From the NCBI GenBank assembly GCA_958296135.2, contig CATQHZ020000002.1, positions 79,887 through 143,886 on the forward strand: a DNA stretch of 64,000 nucleotides, written 5' to 3'. Positions 48,901 to 60,900 of the stretch are shown one piece after another; within the stretch, counting starts at the first letter, position 1, and each line of letters starts with the position of its first letter. The DNA is from an uncultured Poribacteria bacterium (GTDB lineage Bacteria; Poribacteria; WGA-4E; WGA-3G). The notes under the pieces were generated by a model. It saw nothing but the letters and a program-made list of their open reading frames with translations, had not been told where the DNA came from and ran no database searches. The translations under genes and the position numbers were made by a program.

Positions 48901-51900
48901 TTCTCTTCAATACTAATTTCTAATCTCCAAATCCGATTAGGCGTTAATGCTGCTAATGTTCCAGCACATCCTCCAGACACAATAAAATCGGACGAGGTTA
49001 ATCCGGTCGCGTCTCTACTATTTGTTGATAGTTCAACCCAAACTGTAGCTTGATCTAATGGAATTGTTAATGCTGTAATATCGGTATCATCTCTACTCGC
49101 ATAAGAATTACCAACCGAAAATAAAACTGGAGTAAAAGTTATTAATCGATTAAAAGAAAACGTTTTAGATACTGGTTGATTACTTTCCGTAATGACATTA
49201 GTCGGAATCGATATGGTCAATTCCCCTTTCACATCGCTAGGAATACTAACCTGTAATCTCCACTTTCTTTTTGTGGTTAACTCCGCTAAAGTTCCACCGC
49301 AACCGCCAGATACAATAAAATCGGATGAGGTTAATCCGGTCGCATCTTTATCGGATGCTGTTTCTATTTCAATATAGACCTCAGATACCGCTAATGGTAA
49401 ATCTAATGCGGTTACATCGCTAGCATCCATAGAAGCATAAGCATCACCAATTTCAAAAGTAACTGGGGTTAACTCATCAATTAAATCAAATTGGAACGTT
49501 TTAGATACTGGTGGGTTTCCTTGATCTACTACATCACTCGGAATAGCCACAGTTAAGAAGCCTTTCGTATCCTGTAAAATGCTAATTTCTAATCTCCATT
49601 TTCTATTAGCCGTTATTGGCGTTAAAGTCCCAGAGCATCCACCACTAATAATAAAGTCTGATGATATTAATCCTGTCGCATCATTATCATCTACATCAAT
49701 TTCAATTTCAACCCAAACCGTTATTTGCGTAAGGGTTCCACTTAATGCGGTTGAAGTTGAGGAATCAGCATACATTTCTCCAATGGTAAAACTAACCGGT
49801 TCTATTGTGACTAATCTATCAAACGCAAACGATTTAGATACCGGATCATTACCTTCAGATACAGAATTGGCTGGTAATGCTACCGTTAAAGTTCCTTTAG
49901 TATTCTCTTCAATACTAATTTCTAATCTCCAAATCCGATTAGCGGTTAATGTTGCTAACGTTCCAGAGCACGCACCAGAAACAATAAAGTCTGATGATGT
50001 TAACGCATTCGCATCTTTAGCATCGGTAAATATTTCAACATAAACTGTTGCGGCTGTTATTGGAAGTGCTTCTGCGACATTTGTCATAGTATCAGCATAA
50101 ACGTTTCCGATAGTAAAAGATGGTTTAACTCTAGTATCAAATCCCCATGATCCTGAATTCTGAGGAAGCTGTGGTCCAATAGTAGTATCATCAACGCTGG
50201 TAACCGAATTCTTTGCTAAAACGATATTTAATGTTCCGGATGAACTAGTCGGATTAGTTATCTGTAGCGTATAAAGGCTATCAATAAAAATTGGACTTCC
50301 AATTAACGTTCCACCTGTTACTACTAGATCTGATGATCTTATTGATCCAAATACTCTTGATAATCTAATTACCCATAATTGCGACGCTCCAGTTTGTGGT
50401 CCTCGTGGAGACCTAGTCACAGAATTAATGGATGGCGCATTCATCACTGATCCAGCAAAAGAAACTGATGGAGCGGTTGTAACCCCCGTAGTTAATCCAA
50501 TTTCAAAATCTCGAGCCAAAACATTATGAATTGGAGTTGGAGTATGCCCAGTAATTGTAAAATCAGAATTTGCTAACCCATGAATTCTTTCTCCGAAATT
50601 AACTTCAATATTAGTAGTTGCTCCAGTTTCAATAGTATTTGGAATTGTAAAAATCGCGCCTGGTGGAACTCCTACACCAGTGGCTGTTCTAGTATCATAC
50701 GAAACGCATGCGGATGTCACTTCTAAAGAAGATCCAACAGCACTAGCCCGAATAGTTATCGTAAGATTGCCATTTGTATTTGCTGGCAAATTATCAATGG
50801 TAATAAGAAACGAATTTCCTGTTCTGGTTCCTACTGTAACCGTAGATCCAGTTGCACCATTAACCGAAACATCGTCAGCATCAAATTCAGCATTTAATTG
50901 GGTTTCGGTCGCGTTTGCCCAATAGACCACAAAGAAGACTTGATTACTTGTTGGGCAAAATCCCCCAGAGCTTATTGTAGCTGATGGAACTAATTCTTGA
51001 ACCGCTGTTGTCCGATCAAATGTAAACGTTTTGGATACTGGCTGATTACCTTGTGTGACTACATTGGTCGGCAATGAAATCGTTAGCTGACCTTTATCAT
51101 CACTAGGAATATTAACTTGCAATCTCCATTTTCTAAGAGCTGTTAATGGACTTAATGACCCAGAACATGCTCCACTAACAATAAAATCGGATGCGGATAA
51201 ACCATTCGCATCTTTATCATCTGTTTCGATTTCAATATAAACTTCTGATAGAGTAAGGGTTCCAGTTAAGTCGTCAGTATCAGTGGCACTAACAGATGCA
51301 TAAGCATCACCAATAGTAAACGTTACAGATGGCGTTGTTATTGTTCTATCAAACGATAAAGTATTAGATGCTGGTTGATTACCTTCTTGTACTACGTTAC
51401 TTGGAATAGAAATTGTCAAAGATCCTTTTGTATTATCTTCAATACTAATTTCTAATCTCCAAATTCGATTAGCCGTTAATGTTGCTAACGTTCCAGAGCA
51501 TCCATTGCTCACAATAAAATCGGATGAGGTTAATCCGGTCGCATCTCGACTGTTTGTTGATACTTCAACCCAAACTGTCGCTTCATCTAATGGGGTTTGC
51601 AATGCCGTAACATCACTAGAACCTCTACTCGCATAAGCATTACCAATTGAAAATGTTACCGGAAGAACTACTCTAGTATCATACGAAACGCATGCTGATG
51701 TTACTAATAAAGAAGATCCAACCGCACCAGCACGAATTGTTATTTGAAGATTACTATTTGTATTTGCTGGCAGATTTCTTATAACCACAGGAAAAGAGCT
51801 TCCCATTCTGGTTAATACATGTTTGGTTGCTCCAGTCGCCCCACTAATAGTAATATCGTCAGCATCAAATTCTGCTAACTGAGTAGTTGTTGCATTTGTC

Positions 51901-54900
51901 CAATACGCTGTAAAATAAACTTCATTATCGGATTTAGAAAAATGTCCTTCTGTTAATGTAACTGATGGAACTAAATCTTGAGCCGTCGTAGTCCTATCGA
52001 AGCAATAAGTATTGGATGCTGGTTGATTTGTTTCATTAACTACATTGCTTGGCAATGCTACTGTTATAACTCCTTTCGCATCATCAAGAACATTAACTCT
52101 TAATCTCCATGATCTTTTTGCTGTTATTACGCTTAATGTTCCAGCGCATCCATTACTTATAATAAAGTCGGTTGCTGTTAATCCGGTCGCATCTCTACTG
52201 TTTGTGGTTATCGCAACATAAATAGTTGCTATAGTAATTGATCCACTTAATGCTGTTCCACCAGTAGACATACTATACGCACTTCCAATAGTAAATGTTG
52301 GAGGTCTAGCAGTTCCAGTTCGATCATAACAAAAACTATTTGATGCTGGTTGATTAGTTTCAGTTACGACATTACTAGGTATAGAAACCGTTAGAACTCC
52401 TTTAGTATTATCTTCAATGCTAACTTCTAATCTCCAAATTCGATTAGTAGTTAATGATGCTAATACTCCAACACATCCATTACTCACAATAAAGTCGGAC
52501 GAGGTTAATCCGGTCGCATCTCTACTGTTTGTTGATATTTCTACATAAACTGTAGCTTCGTCTAATGGGGTTGTTAATGCTGTAACATCAGTAGAACTTC
52601 TACTCGCATAAGCATTGCCAACCGAAAATGTTACTGGGAGAACCGTTCTAGTATCATATGGAACCATTTGCGATTCTACTGGCAATGATTCTCCAACAGC
52701 ATCTTCTTCAATTTGAATCTGAACATTTCCGCTTGATGCTGATGGCAATCCAGTAACTGTTACTGGATACGAACTTCCACATCGGGTTCCAAGAGTTGCT
52801 ATTGATCCTGAACCTCCTCCGACTACGGCTATTTTAGAACTAGTAAAAGAACTTAATTGACTTTCGCTTGCACCAGACCAATATACGCTAAAATGAATTT
52901 GATTATTTCCTGGGCAAAATGTTCCTCCACCTATTGTTGGGGCTGGTATTGCCATATCGTCACCTATTGTAAAATTGCCTGAAACTTCTCCTCCTGTTCC
53001 AGACCCAAGTGCTCCAACAACTAAAATAAATCTATAAGTTCCTAAAGTTACAGATGGAGCTGGTATTGCTTTAATTGGTTTTACTGTTACTGTTTGAGTT
53101 CCGTCTATATCCACATCCCAATCGATTATAGGTTCTGTTGTCCAAGTAAAAGTTGGTGAAGTTCCAGAACGCTTTTGAATTCGTATATCTACTGGCGCCG
53201 AGAATCCCATTCCTGGATCTTCAGAAAAAGTTAAATCGCTACTGGCTGACCGATCTGTTGAATCGATTGTAATCGTTCCCCATGTCGCAGTAATGCCAGA
53301 TGGAGTAGTATCATAAGTAACTGTTCCAGACGTTACAGAATCTGTTGGACCGCCTTTATATGTCGTTGATCCTGAAATCGAATTCGCATCTAGAGAAATC
53401 GTATAAGTTCCAGATGAGTTTGTAGGATTATTAACCGTTATATTATATTCGCTTTCTGTTCCATCACTGATTCCCACCACTGAAATTGTATTAATAGTTA
53501 CGCCGCTAGGAAGAGTAAAATCAGAACTAGTTAATTCAGTCGTTGGTATTTCCCGATCAAATTGCAGATTTAAAATGCTTGTAGCACCACGCCGAGTTCC
53601 ACTTGGAGCAGTAAATGATGATACTGTCAATTGTGGTCTGTTATCAACTCGAATAGGAATCGTATCCATATTTTGATATGGGCGATTATTAGTTTCAGTT
53701 CCTCTACTTATACTTCGAGCTTTTAATCTTATCTTAAATGTTCCATTTGTTTGTGCTGGTGGAGTTGCTATAACATGCGTGCTAGCTCGATCAGCAATAG
53801 TTGGCGATACAGTATTGAAAACCCATCCAGTCTGAACCGATCCACTATTGTTTATAATCTCTAAATCGGTTTTATTAAATCCAGATATTGCACCCCCCTT
53901 TATAACTAAAGTTCCACGTATTGCTAATCCGCTAAATGTGACATTTGTCCAAGAACCAGTAAATGTAAACCGAGTTAATCTAATAAGATATCTAGTACCT
54001 CCATCGCTTGATGGAGCTTTTAATTCGTTGCTATTATAAGTTATAGCACCAGGTCCGCCAAAAGTTGAAGGGGTTACAATTAATGGATCGCTATCTAGTT
54101 CTATTTGATGATTTGATAAAACTTTATATGCACCATATCCACGAATTCCTCCACCACTAAAATAAAATAATTCGCTTTCTGGATCATAGGTCGCAGTTAC
54201 AACCCCTTCATGCATTCCTGTGGCTAATGAATGCGATCCTAATAAAGTTCCGGTAGCATTATATCTTGAATAGTCAAGGGTTCTAGTATTTCTTTGACCA
54301 TATAATACTTTATTAAATACATATAACTGATTATTAGTACTATTCCAAGCAACAGCATCATATGGATCTTTTGGAACTATGACATTAAAGCCAGTAACTC
54401 GAGCCCCAGTAGAAATTAAATATTTTTCAATTCGTCTTTCAGTCGAATCTTCAATTACAACATATAAATGTGTTCCATCATTAGTAATTCTAGATGCTCG
54501 TTCATCTGAAGGTATTGAAATAAAACTACTATTAATACTTCCTAAACAAGTATCCGTTCTAGCGATATCGGTTCCACCTGGATTCGCACGAACAAAATAG
54601 AAATGGCTAGAAGTTGCAGTCATATCATTAAATGAAGCGAGCACCGCTGGAGTTGTTGGAATTGCTATGCGATCTTGATAAGCATATGAATTCGGCGTCA
54701 GTGATCTATTGTCCACAGAAATAACGGTTGATGTGACTGCTGTCGTTGGTGCGTTATTAGTCGTAGACCCAGCATATCGAATTGAATTAGCTTTAATTCT
54801 AAATCCAAAAGATCCATTGGTATTATCTGGTGCAAGAGCTGAAATCGAAATATCAGCATCAGCAGCCGCTGTAGCACTTGGAGTATCAAAAGCCCAACCA

Positions 54901-57900
54901 CTTTGAACTGTTCCGCTACCATTAACGATTTCAAAATCAGTGGATACAAGTCCTGTTACCGCATGAGAAAAACTAATATCAGCACTTAATTTATCTGTCG
55001 TAGTATTAAATGAAGGGGTTTCCCATGTGACCAAAAATGGTCGTGTATTATATGTTACTGAACCAGAATTGAAATCTGCTGTTGGTCCAGCCTTATATGT
55101 AGTAGTCGCAGGAATTGCATTTTTCTTAAATTTAATAAAATAAGATCCGCTTGCATTTGTTGGATTAACTACTGTAACATCGTATTCATTATTAACAGAT
55201 CCTGTTCCAACCGGACTTACTGAACTTATAGTAGTACTAGCAGCCGGAGTAAAATCGGATGTTGTTATTTCAGTAGTCGCTACATCTCGATCTAATGTTA
55301 ATCTAAATGTGCTATTAGCAGTTCTTATAGTTCCTGTCGGTGCTGTAAATGAAGTGACTCCTACCTGAGCTCTATTATCGACAGTCAGAAATGCGGAATC
55401 AGTATTTGAATCTGGACCGTTATTAGTAGACGATCCACCATATCGAACCGAATTTTGTTTTATCCTAAATGCAAATGTCGAATTTATATTAGAAGGTGGA
55501 GTAACTGAAATTAAAATATTTGTATTAGCCGCCGCAGTAGAACTTATTGTGCCAAAGGTCCAACCTGTTTGATTTGTATTTCTTTGATTAATTACCTGAA
55601 AATCAGAACTGCTAATTCCTGTAACAGCTCCCGAAAATTGAATGTTAGCAGATAAGGTATTGGACGAAACATAATAGCTTGGCGATCCCCATGTAGCTCC
55701 ATTTCCTCTAGTATTATAGGTCACACTTGTACTAGTATAATTAGCTGCTGGACCAGCTCTATAGGTTGTTCCATTTGGAATAGCATTCGCCTTAAATATG
55801 ATTGCGTAGCTTCCATTATTACTAGTTGGATTTGTGACTGTCACATCATATTGCGATGCGTTTCCACTAGAAACATTTACTTCAGCTACTGAACTTATTG
55901 TAGTACTAGCTGCTGGGGTAAAATCGGATGTGCATACTTCGCTACTTGGAACCGAATGACTTAATGTTAATCTAAAAACGCTTGACGCAGTTCTTTGCGT
56001 TCCGCTTGGTGCCGTAAACGAACTAACGGAAACCTGAGATCTTGTATCATATGTAACGCTTTCTGAAGTATAGTTTGTCGCTGGACCTGCTCTATAAGTT
56101 GTTCCTGCTGCTATCGCATTCGCCTTAAATATAATAGTATATGATCCTCTAGCATTTGTTGGTTGAGTAACAGTAACTCTAAACTGACTCGCATTACCAC
56201 CCGATGCATTTATTGCAGTAACTGAACTTATAGACGTATTAGTTGCCGCAGTAAAATCAGCGGTGCGTACCTGACCTGTTGGGACCGAATAATTTAAACT
56301 TAAAGTTAAATTAACTGATGCCGTGCTATGCGTTCCAGATACAGCAGTAAATGAAGTGGCCGCTACTCTTGGTCTAGTATTATATGTTACGCTCGTACTT
56401 GTAGTAGAAGCGGCTGGGCCAGCACGATAAGTTGTTCCTGCTGATACAGCATTCGCTTTAAATATAATAGTATATGATCCGCTAGCGCTAGTTGGGTTTG
56501 TGACTGTCACATCATATTGAGATGCGCTTCCACTAATAACGCTTACTCCAGCAACAGAACTTATTGTGGTGCTAGCTGCTGGTGTAAAGTCAGTAGTGCA
56601 TACTTCACTAGTTGGGACTGAATGGCTTAGTATTAATCTAAAAACGCTTGATGCGCCAGATTGGGTTCCAGTTGGTGCGGTAAATGATGATACAGAAACT
56701 CTTGATCTTGTATTATATGTTACATTCGTACTCGTAGCGGCACTAGATGGACCAGCCTTATATGAAGTTCCAGCACTAATTGAATTTGCTGCTAATGTTA
56801 CATTATAGGTTCCAGAACTATTTGTCGGATTATTGACTATTACTCTAAATACATTTGCTGAGGTTTGACCAGTTATAGCAGGCCGAACTGCATTAAGCGT
56901 AGCATTTGTATCTGAAGTGCTAAAATCAGAAGTTGTTAATTGACTAACTGGAATAACCTGAGATAATCCTATCGAAAAAATACTGGTTGAACCTGTCTGG
57001 GTTCCGGTTGGAGCCGGAAATGTAGTAACTCTAATTACCGGTCTATTGTCCACAGAAATAGAATCTGATGAGGTGGCGACTGATGGACCATTATTAGATG
57101 AACTCCCAGCAAATCTAACCGAGTTAGCGGATATCCTTAATTTAAAACTGCCATTCGTATTAGCAGGAGCCCTAGCCGCAATAGCGACATCAGTATTTGC
57201 GCTCGCATTTGCTGATGGAGTATCGAAAGTCCAACCGGTTTGAACTGTTCCGGATGCGTTTACGACTGCAAAAGCGTCTTTATTAATACGAGTTACCGCA
57301 TCTGAAAATTGTATATTTGCACTTATTTTATTTGTGCTAGCAGTGTAAGCTTCATCATCCCAAGTAACAGTATAAATAACATCGCTTACTGTTATAGTAA
57401 ACTCTTCAGAATCGGATCCAGCATTATTTGACGCTGTAATCCGATAAGTATATCGTTTATTAGAACCAGAAATTAATGGGGTTGTTCCCGATGCTGTCCT
57501 AGTACCAGTATTAAAAGTTAACCATGATCCATCAACAGAAGCAGATGATCGAGCTGATACAAATGCAAATGACCAGGAAGATACTACATCATTACTAGGA
57601 GTAGCACTCGCTACAACTGATACAAAAGCGTTTTCAAGAACCGCCTGATCAGAAATTGAACTAATACTTGGTAAAGTCGTATTTCTAACTGATACAGTAA
57701 ATTCTTCTGTGTCTCTTTCTGTAGATGCTGGACTATTAGTCGCAGTTACTCTAAAGGTATAAGTCTCTGTTCCTTTTGTGACATCAGGGGTTGTTCCTGT
57801 AAGTTGTCCAGTAGTCGAGTTAATATTTAACCATCTAGTTCCTGCTGTGGTCATAGATATACTATAAGCACTAATATTAGTTCCAGATGCTGTAATATTA

Positions 57901-60900
57901 GGATTATTAATTACTGTATTTTCATTAGCATTAAAATCGCTTATAGAATTTAGTTTTGGAGTTGTATTTCTAACCGTAATACTAAAATCTTCAGTATCCG
58001 ATCCAGCATTATTCGTTGCCGTTAATCTATAGTTATATGTTTGACTGCCAGTGGTTATATCGGGTGCATCGCCAGTAACTCTTCTATCTGAACTACTAAA
58101 AGATAACCAGTTAGAAAGTCCAGAAGGTGAAGTGCTTCGTAATGTTAAGCTCCATGAAGCTACAACATTAGCACTGGGCGAAACAGTAGCCTGTATACAT
58201 ACATCCGCTTTTTCATTGACTGTTCTATTTGTAATACTTCCAATACTTGGTAAAGTCGTATTTCTAACTGTTACCGTAAAGTCTTCTGTATCTCTTTCTG
58301 TAGATGCTGGACTATTAGTAGCGGTTACCGTAAAATCATAAGTCTCTGTTCCTTTTGTGATATCAGGTGTTGTTCCTGTAAGTTGCCCAGTAGTTATATT
58401 AATATTTAACCAATTAGGTCCACTTATACTATAAGCACTAATATTAGTTCCAGATGCCGTAATATTAGGATTATTAATTACTGTATTTTCATTAGCATTA
58501 AAATCGCTTATAGAATTTAGTTTTGGAGTTGTATTTCTAACCGTAATACTAAAATCTTCAGTATCTGATCCAGCATTATTTGTTGCCGTTAATCTATAAT
58601 TATATGTTTGAGATCCAGTGGTTACATCGGGCGCATCGCCAGTAACTCTTCTATCTGAACTACTAAAAGATAACCAGTTAGAAAGTCCAGAAGGTGAAGT
58701 GCTTCGTAATGTTAAGCTCCATGAAGCTACAACATTAGCACTGGGCGAAACAGTAGCCTGTATACATACATCCGCTTTTTCATTGACTGTCCTATTTGCA
58801 ATACTTCCAATAACTGGAAGAGTTCTATTTGTAACCGTAACCGTAAAGTTTTCGGTAGCTGTTGTTCCATCTAATCCGGTCGCAGCAATTCTAAAGGTAT
58901 AAGTATTTGTTCCTCTGGTCACAGTAGGAGAAGTTCCGGTTATTGCTCCAGTGCTTGAATTAATTGATAACCACGTAGTTCCCGCTGTGGTCATCGATAA
59001 TCCCCAAGAACTAATAGCATCGCCCGAAGCTGTTTTTCCAGTAACTGCAGTGCTTTCATTTATAGTAAAATCATCAAAAGAGTTAATTCGTGGAGTAGTA
59101 TTCCGAACTCTAATCGTAAAAGTTCTTGCCGCAGCAGTAGAAGTATTATTTCTGCCTATTACTCTATAAGTATAAGCTAATGTTCCTCTACTTATACTTG
59201 GTGCTGTTCCTGTAATTTGTCCAGTGCTAGAACTAATTGATAACCAATCAGATCCTGCAGTTGATGTTTTTGTTAAACTCCAAGTTTTGACATCTGATCC
59301 AGATGGATTTATTGTCAGGCGAGATCTTTCGTTAATTGTTCTTGATCTTATTGCTCCAACCGTTGGAACAGTTGTATTATTAACAGTAACAGTAAATCTT
59401 CTAGTTGATGAATGTATTGTATTATTTCTTGCTGTGACTTCATAAATAGTAGACTTAGTTCCTTGAGCACCAGTAACGGATGGAGCGTTTCCTGTAATCT
59501 GTCCAGTAGAAGAAGAAATACTTAACCAACTAGCAGCTCCAGATATTCTACACATCTCCCATGCAGTAATATTTGATCCTCTAGCATAAAATGAAACGCC
59601 TCTTTGGTTCTCGCTATAAGATTTATTGCTAATAACATTTAAAGATGGGAGACTAGTATTATTAACAGTAATACTAAAATTTTTAGATGTTGATCCATTA
59701 GAGTTTGTCGCAGTAAATCTAAAATTATATGTTCTTGATCCTATCGCCGCACTTATCGGTGGTGCAATTCCAACAAGAGTTATTCTTCTATTAATAATAT
59801 TTCTAAAAACTCTTAGAAAATTAGAACCGCCAGTTGGACTTGAACTTCTAAAAGATATTGATCTGCTTGTATCTCCGGATGTAATTACATTAATTCTTAC
59901 TATGGCACCTTCAACATAGGTAACATTTGAAATATCAGAAACAGTTGGTGGGTCGATATTGTTAACTGTTATTGTAAAGTCTTCAGAATTAGATCCAGCA
60001 TTATTTGTAAGGGTTAATCTATATTTATAAGTTTTAGTTTCATCAACAGGTGGAGCCGTTCCAGATATAGTTCCTCCAATAGAAGTCTCAGTCGTAATAC
60101 TTAACCAATCCTCTGTTCCTGTACTCCCAGTGGATAATTTCGTTAATGTAGCACTTGTGATAGAAAATGCTTCTGTCGAACTATATGTAATTGCTACAAG
60201 ATTACGTTCATTATAAGGGGCATCACTAATCGCTCTTGGAATAGGTTTATCGATATTCGTAATAGTTATAGAAAACGTATCTGTAGTACTTCCAAAAGAA
60301 TTTGTTCCTTTTACGGTAAATCTATCAGTTCGACTTCCCTGGAGTTGCTTCGGTGCAGTTCCAGTCATTAGACCGGAATCTGAATTTATTGTTAACCAAT
60401 TACATCCAGATAAACTAAAACTAGTAGCTCTAGAATTAGAAATCTGAATCCTGACAGTTGATCTTTCATTGACCATGCGACTCGATACACTTATCGATGG
60501 TCGCCTATTATCAACCGTAATATAACTACTACGGCGAACTCCTGATGGTCCTGTTCTGCCATTAGCATTACTAATAGCACTATTTCGAGCAATAGTAAAT
60601 CTACCACAAGATCTTCTATTAGTCGGCGGTCTTACAGAGAAAATAAATGCTGTTCCGGAACCAGATGGAGTAAGCGCTTTATTTGTCCAACCACTAGGAA
60701 CACTAATATCTCTAGTAGTAAAAGATCTAACACATTGAGTCCAGATTATAGCTACCGCAACAGTATTAGCATTTGCGTTATAACCAGGAGTTCCCCATGT
60801 AGCATTTGGTGCAGCAGATTGACCAATCTCCTCAGTATCGTCTGGATCTTCAGAGATTGGTTCAACTTGAAAAATATCTTCAGATATTGGTTCGCCTTCA

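Noticed and set aside
37646-59919. Many plus-strand ORFs opposite the giant genes
   Set aside because: Antisense shadows of Thr/Ser/Ala-rich repetitive coding sequence; they repeat with the same periodicity
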